Assembly: GCA_965223905.1 (NCBI GenBank) | Contig: CBDCXV010000010.1 | Span: 1,856,001-1,920,000 of the forward strand | Direction of reading: 5' to 3' | Length of the DNA stretch: 64,000 nucleotides | Origin: Candidatus Latescibacterota bacterium | Lineage (GTDB): Bacteria > Latescibacterota > UBA2968 > UBA8231 | Shown here: piece after piece, positions 10,688 through 21,612 of the stretch | How positions within the stretch are numbered: position 1 is the first letter of the stretch | Layout of the letters: the number at the start of each line of letters is the position of its first letter | Notes under the pieces: model-generated | Seen by the model: the letters and a program-made list of their open reading frames with translations, nothing else | The model's database searches: none | What the model was told of the DNA's origin: nothing | Translations under genes and position numbers: made by a program

Positions 10688-12682
10688 ATGGCCGATGACC
10701 ACGAGCCGGCCGGCGAGCTCTCCACGGACTCGCGCGGCGTCAGTCTGCGTTCCGTCGCCATCGGCGGAGCGGCAGCCCTCTTCATCGGGGTGTCGCTGCC
10801 TTACACGAACATGGTCATCAAGGGCGGCCTCCTCGCCCACAACCACAACGCACCGGCAGCCCTGTTCGTGTTCTTTCTCTTCGTCGGCCTCGTGCACACG
10901 GCCACGGCCGCGATCAAGCGCGGCTGGTCTTACACGCGCTCGGAGCTCACGACCATCTACGTCATGGCCCTGGTGGCCACAGCGATTCCGACCATCGGCT
11001 TCTCCGAGTACCTCCTGCCCATCATCGCCGGTTTCACCTACTACGCCACGCCTGAGAACAACTGGCAGGCAACCTTCCAACCCCTGCTGCCGAGTTGGGC
11101 GGTGCCACAGGACGATGTCGCCGTGCGCCATTTCTTCGAGGGTCTGCCAGACGGCCTGCCCCTGCCCTGGGGCGCCTGGCTCGAACCCCTGCTCTGGTGG
11201 GTCGTCTTCATCCTCGCCGTCTACTGGACGTCGGCCTGCTTGATGGTGATCGTGCGCCGGCAGTGGATGGAACGGGAGAAGCTCCTCTATCCCCTCATCC
11301 AGGTTCCCCTGGAGATGATTCGCGACGAGCCCGGGCGCCCATCGCTGCTCAAGCCCTTCTTCCGGAACCCGGTGATGTGGATCGGCTTCGCCGTTCCGTT
11401 CTTGCTGGGGTCCTACCACTCTCTCAACGAGTACTTCCCTGCGCTGATGCCCGCCGCGGGCCAGGGATCGCTGACGACGTCCTACCAGCTCTTCCGCGGC
11501 ACCACACCGCTCGTCGTCATGCTCAATTTCGGCCTCATCGGCTTCGCCTTTCTGCTGCGCCGCGATCTCGCTCTGGGTCTGTGGGTGTTCTGTCTGCTCG
11601 CCGTGATCCAGCGCGGCACCTTCAACGTCCTCGGAATCGCCAGCACCGAGACCCTGAGCCGCTTCGCCAACCACAGCGGCCCCTACCTGGCCCATCAGGC
11701 CATGGGCGCGATGACGGTGCTGGTGCTGTCCGTTCTCTGGCACGGGCGAGCCCATCTGCTCGACGTCTGGCGCAAGGCCGTAGGCCGCGACAACGCCGTC
11801 GACGACAGTGACGAGATCCTCTCGTACCGCACCGCCGTAATCGGCCTGATCTTTGGCGTAACCGTCGTCGGCGTCTGGATGTGGCAGGCGGGACTGCCTG
11901 GGTGGCTCGTGCCCGTTTTTCTGTTCGCCGTGTTCATCGTCTTCATGGCGCTGACCCGAGCCGTAGTCGAGGGCGGCGTCGCCGTCATCCGCACGCCCCT
12001 TACTCCGGCCGACTTCGTCATATCCGGATTCGGCACGAACGCCGTCAGCGGCTTCGGCGTCGCCTCGCTGGGCCTGACGTACGTCTGGGCGGCCAACATC
12101 CGCATCTTCTTCATGCCGGCCTTCGCCAATCTCCTGCGCCTCGTTCACGGCATCGACCGCGGCAAGTCGCGCTTGAAATGGGCCGTCGGATTGGCCGTGA
12201 TCGCGGCCCTCAGCGGATCCCTGTGGAGTGTCTTCGTGCTCTCGTACGAGCACGGCGGCGTCAACCTGCACGGCTTCTGGTTCATCCAGGTGCCGCAGCT
12301 GGCGGGCAACTACATGGTGCAGTTCCTGGCCGACCCGATCCCACCCGATTGGGGGGGTTGGGGGTTCACTCTGATCGGGGGCCTCGTTCAGATGCTCCTC
12401 GTCGTCGCCCGCGCCCAGCTCGCCTGGTGGCCCCTGCACCCGCTCGGCTTCGCGGTCAGCACCTTCTTCATCATGACCTACGTGTGGTTCAGCGTCATGA
12501 TCGCCTGGGTGGTCAAGTCTGCCGTGCTGCGGTACGGTGGCCCCGCCCTCTACCGGAAAACGCGACCGTTCTTCCTGGGCTTGATCCTCGGACAGATCTC
12601 GGTGTCGGGAATGTGGCTCATCATCGACCACTTCACCGGAATGGTGGGCAATTCGCCCATCGGGGGGGGGTCGTTCGTTTGA
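10688..12682 (+). CDS. OPT-like membrane transporter (DUF6785/DUF6784-type), copy 2
   Basis: YYATPENNW, LLYPLIQVP, WWPLHPLGF and RPFFLGLILG motifs. Confidence 0.8.
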   Translation: MADDHEPAGELSTDSRGVSLRSVAIGGAAALFIGVSLPYTNMVIKGGLLAHNHNAPAALFVFFLFVGLVHTATAAIKRGWSYTRSELTTIYVMALVATAIPTIGFSEYLLPIIAGFTYYATPENNWQATFQPLLPSWAVPQDDVAVRHFFEGLPDGLPLPWGAWLEPLLWWVVFILAVYWTSACLMVIVRRQWMEREKLLYPLIQVPLEMIRDEPGRPSLLKPFFRNPVMWIGFAVPFLLGSYHSLNEYFPALMPAAGQGSLTTSYQLFRGTTPLVVMLNFGLIGFAFLLRRDLALGLWVFCLLAVIQRGTFNVLGIASTETLSRFANHSGPYLAHQAMGAMTVLVLSVLWHGRAHLLDVWRKAVGRDNAVDDSDEILSYRTAVIGLIFGVTVVGVWMWQAGLPGWLVPVFLFAVFIVFMALTRAVVEGGVAVIRTPLTPADFVISGFGTNAVSGFGVASLGLTYVWAANIRIFFMPAFANLLRLVHGIDRGKSRLKWAVGLAVIAALSGSLWSVFVLSYEHGGVNLHGFWFIQVPQLAGNYMVQFLADPIPPDWGGWGFTLIGGLVQMLLVVARAQLAWWPLHPLGFAVSTFFIMTYVWFSVMIAWVVKSAVLRYGGPALYRKTRPFFLGLILGQISVSGMWLIIDHFTGMVGNSPIGGGSFV

Positions 12683-12704
12683 CTCAGACCGAGACCTGCA
12701 TGCC

Positions 12705-12753
12705 GTCGTAGGCGAGCTCGAATCCGCGACGCGAATGCCGTGCCGCCTACGAC
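12705..12753. repeat. Inverted repeat between convergent genes (REP-like or terminator)
   Basis: GTCGTAGGCG ... CGCCTACGAC, perfect 10-bp arms. Confidence 0.4.
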
Positions 12754-12840
12754 ACCGCGGAACTCAGTGCCGGTCATGTTGATTGTGGACTGCTCCCTTG
12801 ACGCGCGCTCCGGGGGTGGAGCTGGGGAGCTCTGTCTGCC

Positions 12841-14874
12841 TCAATAGGCCACCGCGACGACGCCGCTGTTGGTCTCCTTACCTGACTGCACGTCCACCAC
12901 GAGCCGGTACAGATACAGCCCGGGCGGCACGAGCTCGTCCGAGTCGTCCCGGCCGTCCCACGCGTGGCTGTACTCACCGACCGGATCCTCCCCTTCGTAG
13001 ACCCTCCTCACCTGCCGGCCCGACAGATCGTAGATCTCGAGCGAAACCGGCACCGCCGAGGTCAACCGCAGCAGCTTGTAGGATATGTTCGCCGCCTCAT
13101 TCACCCCGTCGCCGTTCGGCGTAAACGGATTCGGCGAAATCTGAGGTGAAAACACCAGCGATTCGCTCAGAGCTGTTCTAACCGACAAACGATCACCTTC
13201 GATCTCATCGGTAGCATTGCCCGGCACAACCCGCTGCCTCACCTCGTGCGGCCTGGTCGTGTCGAACACTCTGCCTGCAAACTCGGTGCCCACTTCTCTC
13301 AGTACCGGAGCGGTGAACACCACCTCCACCAGCGCCCCGGTTTGGGTCGAATCCAGCCGGCTCGGGAGCAGGACTTCGAACCCCAGACTATCTTCGTGGA
13401 TGGTCGACGAGAAATCCTCCTGATCGACGCCGGCTATGCGCAGCGAATCGACCGACACCACCCCTGAAGGCGTCGCGATCTCCACCCCGTCAAAGCTTCT
13501 CTCGCCGGACCGGATCGTCGGACTGAGGTAATACGTAAACTGCGTCGCTTCGCCCACCCGGGTCTGGATCGGGTGAATCTCCCCTACCAGGCGGTGGACC
13601 AGCGGCGGTACCGATGCCTTGAACTCTATGTAGTCGAGCTTGCCCCCCTCCGCGACGGTGGTGGAGGCAAAATCCACTCTGATCTGGACGAACTTTCGAG
13701 GGCCGGGGGATACGATAGGGACCCCGGGATTCCCGAACCCATACGGACGCGAATAGAAGCTCCAGTGCTCCGTGTCGGGAGTAATCGGGTCCCCCCGTAC
13801 GCCGCCCACGTAGCCGCCGAGCTCCTTGGGCGGCTCGGGGTCCGGTTTGTCAGAATTTGGCAGTCTGTCATACTGGCTCTTGTACTCCGTCATACTCAGG
13901 TCGCCGCCCCCCAGCAGAAACCTGACGACGTCATGCTGCTCGTGGCGGACCTCCCAGAAAATGACCGGGTGCGGGTCGGCGCCTGCCCGGGTGCGGATGG
14001 CGACCCGGGCGCGGGGATCCTGCCGTCCAGACCAGCGGATCTCGCCCAGACTGGCGATGTCGTCCAGCTCGATGACGTCGGATTCATACGAGGCCTGCTT
14101 CGCGTACCCTCCTCCGTACAGCTCGAACGCAGCCAACCCGATCTCCTTGGGCGTCTCCCGCAGGATCAGCAACTGAACGAAGTTGGTCGTCACCGGAGGA
14201 TCGAGCTTCAAGCTGACGTCGGGTTCGGTGTTGTCTTTCACCTCCACAACAGGTGCGAGCTCCCCGGTCCAGTTACAGCATGGGATAACCTCGTCGCCGG
14301 CACCGAAGACGAATCGCTCCAGGAAGTGGCCCGTGCTGTCCGGCAGAGTCCGGAATCTCACTTCCCTGATGTGGAATCGCCCGCCCAAATTGAAATTCAC
14401 ATGCAACGCTGCAAAAGGGTCGTTACAACAGGAGGCGCGAAGGTCGAGGAACGCCTGAGTTTGGGCCGGCCACGAGTACCCCGTATTCGGATCCTGATCG
14501 ACCAGTGCATTTGCTTCCGTTTGGTCGAAGGTACCTTTGCCAGCCCGCCGCTGCGCGACCACCCAGCCGCCTCTGCTCAACATCGATGCGGCAATATCGT
14601 CGTCTCCCCCGATGAAATTGGGCTGCAGGATACCGACCTGTAGCGAGTCCGGATCGAGGGCATCCTCCAGCTGCGAGTTCTCCGACCACCCGAGCTCCCT
14701 GAGCTCAATGCCGATCCCCTCCAGGCTATCCCTTTCCGCCTCGGAAAAGGGCTGGCCGATGCGGTAGATGGTCACACCCGAAGCGACGCGCGCATTGAGA
14801 GCGAGGGCCATCGAGACAAGCAGGAGAATTCCCGTCGTCATCTGGCAGAGAGATTTGGAGGAGGTGGATAGCAT
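12841..14874 (-). CDS. Secreted protein with C-terminal FlgD-Ig/CHU_C-like domain
   Basis: Signal peptide; SPNPFTPNGDGVN, IYDLSGRQV and WDGRD..VPPGLYLY. Start uncertain (14874 or 14841). Confidence 0.75.
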   Translation of the reverse strand: MLSTSSKSLCQMTTGILLLVSMALALNARVASGVTIYRIGQPFSEAERDSLEGIGIELRELGWSENSQLEDALDPDSLQVGILQPNFIGGDDDIAASMLSRGGWVVAQRRAGKGTFDQTEANALVDQDPNTGYSWPAQTQAFLDLRASCCNDPFAALHVNFNLGGRFHIREVRFRTLPDSTGHFLERFVFGAGDEVIPCCNWTGELAPVVEVKDNTEPDVSLKLDPPVTTNFVQLLILRETPKEIGLAAFELYGGGYAKQASYESDVIELDDIASLGEIRWSGRQDPRARVAIRTRAGADPHPVIFWEVRHEQHDVVRFLLGGGDLSMTEYKSQYDRLPNSDKPDPEPPKELGGYVGGVRGDPITPDTEHWSFYSRPYGFGNPGVPIVSPGPRKFVQIRVDFASTTVAEGGKLDYIEFKASVPPLVHRLVGEIHPIQTRVGEATQFTYYLSPTIRSGERSFDGVEIATPSGVVSVDSLRIAGVDQEDFSSTIHEDSLGFEVLLPSRLDSTQTGALVEVVFTAPVLREVGTEFAGRVFDTTRPHEVRQRVVPGNATDEIEGDRLSVRTALSESLVFSPQISPNPFTPNGDGVNEAANISYKLLRLTSAVPVSLEIYDLSGRQVRRVYEGEDPVGEYSHAWDGRDDSDELVPPGLYLYRLVVDVQSGKETNSGVVAVAY

Positions 14875-15189
14875 CGAATACGTCAAGCGTCCTCGGATTG
14901 TGAATGTCCGGGCTGCGGCTTGCTGCGCGAGGATGGTCTGTTGATGCAGCCGAACGCACAATGAAAGTAAGCAATTGTCGGGGGAGGAACAAAGGGATGC
15001 GGTGCGATTAGCGTGGCAGGCTGTTGGGCGAGCTGTCGGTCGTTCTCCTCATCCAGTTGGCGGCCACGGGTCCAGACAGGCACCGGACGGTCGCGAACCT
15101 GTCGGCCTCCAGCGCAGCTCGTCGTACGACTCGTACGCCACGTCGAGCCAGTCGGTCTCGAGCTGACGGTGATTCTCGTAGCGCGACGT

Positions 15190-16012
15190 CAAGGTGGCCG
15201 CCCATACTGCCCTCCTGAATCAGCGTGTGTCCGGCGTCTTGCAGCGCGAACCACTCCGGATGCTGCTTGCCGAAGCGACTCGGCCAGTCGTTGAACGAGT
15301 GCATGCCGATCGGGCTGCCACCCGGCGCGCCCCAGCGCATGCGGCGCCACCAGGTCCAGATGTCGAGGTGGGTGAAATCCGCCTCGTCGTGATACGAGTT
15401 GAAGGCGAACCGCGTGTCGAAGGTCGGTGCGCCGCCCCAGCGTACTCCATCGACAGCCAGCGTCGCGTGTTCGGGCACAACCCTGCCCAGCTCGCCAGGC
15501 CAGTACCAACGCACACCGACGACGCGTTCGAGAAACTCATAGACCGCGTACAGTGTGCCGAAGGGGAGCAGAATGTTGGACGCTGGATCCGGGTCGAATT
15601 CCGAGTCGCCGCCGCTCACCACCAGGGCCTGACCGGCGCGCGACACGACCCAGTTGTCAGGCGCCAGATAGCGAGGTGCCAGCCCCAAGCGCTCCGTCAG
15701 CTCTGTCGTACCCACCTGGATCGTCGGTCCCGTGATCGGCTGGCCGTCCTCGGCCACGGGAAGCTCAGTGCCGGTACTGAGCTCGAGATGCTCGTTCAGC
15801 TCCTTCACTGCGTAGCGGACGGTGTGAGTGGCGTTCCTGCCGATCACGATGGTCGCGGCAGGCTCGCCGTCCCGGACCAGGACGAGGGTGCCGTTTGCCG
15901 GTTCCAGGCCGGCGACCCGGTTGGGCTGCTGTGGGGCCTCCTTCGAGAGCAAGGCGCCCGGACGGACGGCCAGGCAGCAGACGGCGAGTGCGATAAGGCG
16001 GAAGAATCGCAT
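15190..16012 (-). pseudogene. 5' part of a DUF4838-like secreted protein, truncated
   Basis: Signal peptide, GTLYAVYEFLER..GVRWYWPG and HPEWFAL; homology ends at GGHL and is followed by an unrelated fragment. Confidence 0.65.
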
Positions 16013-16024
16013 GTGTTGGCCTCC

Positions 16025-17098
16025 TTACTCTCTCAAGCTCAGCTCTGCCATGTAGATCGAACAGGGCGCGGCACCCGAGCGGCTGCCCTCGTGGCTGGAA
16101 TAGTACGAAAGCAGCCCTCTCGTGGGGCTGAGCTCGATGAACCCGGGATAGGAGTTGTCCCCGCCGCTGGGCAGTTCCGCGGCATCGACCAGACGCTCGC
16201 CATCCAACCAGTACAGGACCGTCCGGGGATCGTCCGGTGGGACGGCATCGGGCTCGGTGAAGAAGTTCAACGGATACCGGCCAGATACCGGCTCGAAGGG
16301 TTTGCGCCCCCCGACCAGGTACCGGGCACCCCATTTGACCAACAGCGGGCCGCCGATAAAGCAATCCAGGTCGGTTCGGACCCACTCGGAATACGGCGGT
16401 TTGGAGCGGCAGAGTTGTGAGCTATCCATAGTGCACCGGGCAACCGCCAACACGCTACCGTCCGGCTCGAACAGAAAAGCTGTCTCGTTTCCGTGCGTCG
16501 TTTGAAACAGGGCGTGCGTCCGCCAAATGAGCCCGTCGTCGCTTGCCAGCATAGCGGATTCGTGGAAGGATCGATCGTCGGCCTGCAGCTCGACGAACCC
16601 GCGCTTTCGCCGGCCACACAGGTACGCGGTCCCGCCGTGCGCCGCTGCTCGCCAGATGAAATGCCCGTAGGTTCCCTCCAGCGCGATCGGTTCGCTCCAC
16701 GAGCGGCCGTCGGCGCTCACAGCCGCATACCCAAGCTGCTGGTTCATCTCGGGGTGCCTCCAATTACCCTCTGGCGCCAAATCTCCGCAGTACGCCAAAT
16801 CTCCGCAGTACCAGGTGCCGGTGTAGACGAACAATTGGTCTTTGAAACTCAGGAAATGCGCATCGCGTACATCCCGATCAGGCACGCTGAACGCATGCAC
16901 CTGCTCCCACTCCACTCCATCGCCGCTGCAGAGGACGACGACGCGGGAGGTGGGGAACACCATGTGTCCGTCCGGACACGAGCGGAAGCACAGATACATC
17001 TTGCCGCCGAAACGGCACATGTCGGTAAATGCGTTGTGATTCCCGTCGTCGAAAATTTTGCGCACCGAATCGACGTGTATTTCTGGTAATTTGGTCAT
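16025..17098 (-). CDS. Exo-sialidase-like / BNR beta-propeller protein
   Basis: HNAFTD, RDVRD, SDDGLIW, GNET and LPSGGDNSYPG; paralog of 51351-52361. Confidence 0.7.
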   Translation of the reverse strand: MTKLPEIHVDSVRKIFDDGNHNAFTDMCRFGGKMYLCFRSCPDGHMVFPTSRVVVLCSGDGVEWEQVHAFSVPDRDVRDAHFLSFKDQLFVYTGTWYCGDLAYCGDLAPEGNWRHPEMNQQLGYAAVSADGRSWSEPIALEGTYGHFIWRAAAHGGTAYLCGRRKRGFVELQADDRSFHESAMLASDDGLIWRTHALFQTTHGNETAFLFEPDGSVLAVARCTMDSSQLCRSKPPYSEWVRTDLDCFIGGPLLVKWGARYLVGGRKPFEPVSGRYPLNFFTEPDAVPPDDPRTVLYWLDGERLVDAAELPSGGDNSYPGFIELSPTRGLLSYYSSHEGSRSGAAPCSIYMAELSLRE

Positions 17099-17821
17099 GC
17101 TCTGCCTTTCCGGTTGACCGGGATCTCCCATAGTGCCGCCGTCACCGCACGGCGTGCCGTTTCGCAGGCAGCGCCCGGGAATCGCAGTATGGATCTGACG
17201 GGCATTGAGAAAGAAAAGGAAGGTTCGATTGGTCTGGGCCGCAATTACCTGACTCGATCCCAACGCCAGATGTTGACGTAATCCTGTTCCGACGGACGAT
17301 CCTCCGGCGGCACCATAGTCAGCTGGTAGAGGTCTCCGGTTGAATCAGCGATGTAGAAATCGCCGGTTTCTGACCGGAGTCTCGCAGGCTCCGCCTACAT
17401 GTTACTGAGAATCCGCCCCCGCTCGCCAATCAGCGAGAAGATAACCCCCCATACCCCGTTCACGGTGACCTCCCCGAGGATGAGGCCGAGAAAAAAGGGC
17501 TTGAGGTTCTGATAGAGTCGGGCGCCGCCGTAGTGCATGATGGTAAGCTTGATGCCCCAGGCCACGAGGGAGGTGAACCAGATGTAGCCGGTGAGCCAGC
17601 CGACGCTGAGGGCGAATCCGAGGGGGTGGAAGGGCCACCAGGACCAGCGATACTGGGCCCACGAGAGAAATCCCGACCCGAGGCCGCCGATCGTCTTGAA
17701 GAGCCAGCCGCGCATGTTCGCCTCAGGCGTCCCGACGATCTCTCTGGCGATGCGCGGCCATCCGTGAGCGCCGGTCCAGCTGATGCCTTCTAGATTGATG
17801 GCGCCATAGGCGTAGCATAAG

Positions 17822-19491
17822 CCTGAATCCGTGATCACTTCTATAGCAAATGGTCAAGTTTGATATTTAGCATGATCAGGCACTTCTCAACAGAGGATTT
17901 GGGTGTCAACGACTCGCCATTACGGCTGATGCCGCTGTCGGTGGCTCTCGACGTCGGTGGGAGTCGCAAGAACGGGCATACGGGTGCCTTGCGTACGGCG
18001 GAGAGTCGAGTGCGGGTGAGATCGTCGCCTTCAGGTGCACACACGCAGGTAGGTCCGTCTCCAGACATCGAACCAGGGATTGAAACACCCGAAGCTGAGG
18101 CCGAAACGGCGCGCATGCCGGACCCAGCGGGCCGCTTGGTACATGAGATCGAGAAGGACGCTGCGGAGACGACGACGGCCGGCCTTTTTACGAAAAGCCA
18201 CGTGCTTTTCGGGGGGCAGATTGCCGGACTCGCGCAGACCGATTTGGCCGCACAGGCGCAGAGCGTTGTAGGCCATCATGGCCAGCAGCAGCAGGAGCGC
18301 GTTGGTGGCGAACTTGCCCGACGGCAGGCGTTCCAGATCCAGGTCCGTTTTCAACTCGGAGTGGAATTGCTCGCAGGTGCTGTGCTCGCGGTAGAGCCGG
18401 ATCACGTGCGCCGGCGGCGCCATCAGGTTGGTCCACCAGGTCTGCACCTCGATTTCGGGGATCAGCAGCGCCTGACCGTCGACGCTGATCGTGCGCCGCA
18501 CGACCTCGTAAACGACGCGTTCGAAGGTGTCCTTGCGCTCGCACACCAGCGAGCCGGTGAAGATCTCCTTGCCGGGCCGCGGACAGGTGCGCTCGCCCAG
18601 GGCTTCGGCGTCCTCCAGCCAGGTCTGTTTCGATTCGCTGCGCAGGTTGCGTTTGACGATGAAGTCGGTCTTGGGAGTGCGGCGCAACTGCTGTACGGTG
18701 GCGATGTCGTCATGGGCGCTGTCCATGCGCACCAGCAGCTTTTCCTTGGTGATGCGGCGCGCCAGCCGCAGCGTCTCTCGAATAAAGTCCGGGGCTCCTT
18801 CCTGGGAGTGCTGACTGCCTTCGCGCAGCTGGCAGTTGAGCAGATACCCTTCCTCGCCCAGGTAGGCGAAGATCGGGGCAAAGCCGTCGACCTTCTTGTA
18901 GGTCCACGACACCCCTTGTTTTTTGGTGTGGGAGTTGTCGAACACCGACACGTCGATATCCAGCGCGATCCAGGGACCGTAGCGCCCGTCGGCGACTTCG
19001 TAACAGGGGGTGAGCGGCGGCGCGTGACGGGCCACCATGTCGGCCGACTCCTCTCGAATGGCGGTCTCCCCCTGTGCGCCCAAGCCATCGAGCCGCTGCC
19101 GCAGCGTGGCCGCCGACGGCACCGCATCCAGGCCCAGGGCCTGGGCGAAGAAGGGATCGGTGCGAAACGCTTCCACCGCCTCGAAATCCGGCTTGCCCAG
19201 CGCCAGCAAGCCGATCATCGACGTCATCACGTCGCCGTGAGAAACCTCGGGGCAGGGTCGCTCCGGCAAGAGGATTTCATCCACCCGCGCGGCCAAGCGC
19301 GTGCGTCCCATCAAGGCCCCGATCAAGGCCAAGCCCGAATGCGAGGTCAGCGCTTCTTCGCCCTGCGTAACTTCATACGAAACCAGTCGCAATTCTTCAC
19401 CTCCAAGGTGAGTGGATATCCTCCTCTAAGATAGCCCACATTCCCCTCGGAAAACCACCGAAAATCAAGCTCTGGACTTCACGGATTCAGG
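17822..19491 (-). mobile_element. IS1380-family element (1670 bp)
   Basis: TIR CCTGAATCCGTGA; 5-bp target duplication ATAAG. Confidence 0.9.
18031..19392 (-). CDS. IS1380-family DDE transposase
   Basis: LDIDVSVFDNS, LREGSQH, VRMDS and EQFHSELKTDLDLERLPSGKF motifs. Confidence 0.9.
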   Translation of the reverse strand: MRLVSYEVTQGEEALTSHSGLALIGALMGRTRLAARVDEILLPERPCPEVSHGDVMTSMIGLLALGKPDFEAVEAFRTDPFFAQALGLDAVPSAATLRQRLDGLGAQGETAIREESADMVARHAPPLTPCYEVADGRYGPWIALDIDVSVFDNSHTKKQGVSWTYKKVDGFAPIFAYLGEEGYLLNCQLREGSQHSQEGAPDFIRETLRLARRITKEKLLVRMDSAHDDIATVQQLRRTPKTDFIVKRNLRSESKQTWLEDAEALGERTCPRPGKEIFTGSLVCERKDTFERVVYEVVRRTISVDGQALLIPEIEVQTWWTNLMAPPAHVIRLYREHSTCEQFHSELKTDLDLERLPSGKFATNALLLLLAMMAYNALRLCGQIGLRESGNLPPEKHVAFRKKAGRRRLRSVLLDLMYQAARWVRHARRFGLSFGCFNPWFDVWRRTYLRVCT

Positions 19492-20148
19492 ATAAGTAGA
19501 TGGTCATGAACGCGGCGCCTATGAAGCTGAGGGAAAGGGCGATCATCATGCCCCAGAAGAGACGCGTTTTTGAGCCCCTTATGGACTCAGCGAGCTTGAT
19601 ACCGTGGGCGCATGCCACCATGGGTGAGGTCCGCGACTGTCCCTGCCACACGAAGGTGAAACCGAGGGCCACCAGGCCTTTCGCGCCCAGTGCCGAGGTG
19701 CCGAACCCGGAAATGACGAAGTAAGCGGGCACGTGGGGGCTTCTCGCCGTGGCGACCCCCGCCGTGGTCACCGCGCGCGCCACCCAGATGAAGAAGATGA
19801 GGCTGACGATGACGAGAATCGGCACGAAAACGGCAGGCACCCCCGAGCGCCACAACCAGAAGGAGATGAACAGGAGGCTGGCGATGAAACCGATGACGGC
19901 TGTGCGGTAGCGCAGTAGCTCCTCGCTGTCGTCGACGCCGGAGTCGGGATTCCAGACCTTCTGCAGCACATCCACCAAGTGTTGGCGGGCGCTCCAGAGG
20001 CCGAAGAGGATGAAAACGATGACGGCGCCGGTGGCCTGGTGGGTCAAGTCCGCAGACTGGTGGTCGTCGTAGCCGCTCTGCAACTCCGTGCTCCTGATAC
20101 CGAGGAAAGTGAACAGGCCATCTTCGAGCTTGCAGAACAGGTAAAAGA

Positions 20149-21612
20149 GGCTATATACGGGTTTTTCAACGTGGTATTTATAGCGTTTCCCCAATGAGAT
20201 TTTTAGGGTTTCATACTGTACGGAATCGGGCCGGAATCTGCGCAGGGATATCGAGGTCTCCGACGCACAGGTAAATCAGGTCGGCAAAGGCATCCAGAGT
20301 TTTAAATCCACTGGCTCGATTCTTGACCATGCGGATAATGCGATTGAGCCCTTCGGCGGCGGCGTTGGTCAGGTGCGTGTCGACGAAGGCGGTGATGCCG
20401 GCCGCCTGCTTGCGCACCGTGTTGACGAACTTGCGCAGGGGCTGCAGGCGGCTGCGCAGGGCCGCCGTCGTCCACTTCTTGAGGAAGCGTTCGGCGGCCC
20501 AGCGCGCCTTGTAGCGCCAGAAGTGCTCGAACTCGTCCTTCAGGCGCCAGGCGCGGTAGATGCGGCGGTTGGCCTTCTCCAGGGTTTGGAGCGTGCGCCG
20601 GTCCTTTCGCGAGCGCTGGGCGGAGTGATGCAGCAGCACCCAGCGCAGGCCCTTGAGCAGCTTGCGGTCCTCGCCACAGGCTTGCCGCCACTGCTCCTTG
20701 CGCACCTCGTCGACGGCTTCGTTGAGGGCCTTGACGACGTGGAATCGGTCCAGGACCAACTCGGCGTTGGGACAATGCTGCCGGATGGCGCCGATGAAGG
20801 TCTCGCTCAGGTCGCAGCAGGCCCAGCGGATGCGGTCCTTCTGGAAGGCGCTGAGATGGTCCCGGAAAAACGCGTCGATGGTCTTCCGTGCCTTGCCCTT
20901 GCCGACCCAGACGACACGGGAGCGTTCCAGGTCGTAGACCAGGGTAGCGTATTTATGGCCCTTGGCGTAGGAGATCTCGTCGATGCCGAGGGTCTTCAGC
21001 CGGCGGATGCGGTGCCCCGTACGCCGGCGCTCGATGAGCCGGTGCAGCTGGTCGGACAGGGTCGACGGGGCCAGACCCAGCAGGCGCGCGGCGGCGGCCT
21101 GCGTCATCCACTGGCAGTACCTCAGCAGCAGGTATTCGAAGCGGTAGCTGACCTGGGCCGAGGGCGCCGCCCAGGGCACCTCCTCGACGCGACGGCCGTG
21201 GGTCGGGCAGCGGATCTCCCGAGGGGCGTGGTGCAACCAGAGGGTACGGCCGCAAACGCGGACGTCGCGCCAGCGGCGGAACTCCATGACCTGTACGATC
21301 TTGCCGCGGCGCCCACACTCGGGACACCGGCACCCGTTCCTTTGGGGCTTCACCGCGACCACGACGGCCGCTTCTTCCCCGTGTCCTTCGAACCACACGC
21401 CCACCGCGCGAAATCCCTTGAATTGGAACAGCTTGGAGACGAACTTCATAGCGGTCATAGGTCGCCTTCCCTTCCCTTTCTTGGGGAGTGCTTGATGGGG
21501 ATACACCAAGCATAGGGAACGACCTATGGCCTTGTCATGTACTCAGATGGACAGCAAGGGCTCAGGTACTTTCCGTACTTACGTTTCGGCGTTGAAAAAC
21601 CCGGATAGACCC
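20149..21612 (-). mobile_element. ISL3-family element
   Basis: TIRs GGCTATATACGGGTTTTTCAACG / GGGTCTATCCGGGTTTTTCAACG; duplicated target CAGGTAAAAGA. Confidence 0.85.
20211..21458 (-). CDS. ISL3-family transposase
   Basis: CPECG zinc finger, LGIDE, CDL, LDRFH and TNAAAEGLN motifs. Confidence 0.9.
   Translation of the reverse strand: MTAMKFVSKLFQFKGFRAVGVWFEGHGEEAAVVVAVKPQRNGCRCPECGRRGKIVQVMEFRRWRDVRVCGRTLWLHHAPREIRCPTHGRRVEEVPWAAPSAQVSYRFEYLLLRYCQWMTQAAAARLLGLAPSTLSDQLHRLIERRRTGHRIRRLKTLGIDEISYAKGHKYATLVYDLERSRVVWVGKGKARKTIDAFFRDHLSAFQKDRIRWACCDLSETFIGAIRQHCPNAELVLDRFHVVKALNEAVDEVRKEQWRQACGEDRKLLKGLRWVLLHHSAQRSRKDRRTLQTLEKANRRIYRAWRLKDEFEHFWRYKARWAAERFLKKWTTAALRSRLQPLRKFVNTVRKQAAGITAFVDTHLTNAAAEGLNRIIRMVKNRASGFKTLDAFADLIYLCVGDLDIPAQIPARFRTV

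Noticed and set aside
17860-19434. Long antisense ORFs (e.g. 17860-19434, 10643-12631, 2322-3923)
   Set aside because: Shadow frames of high-GC coding sequence.
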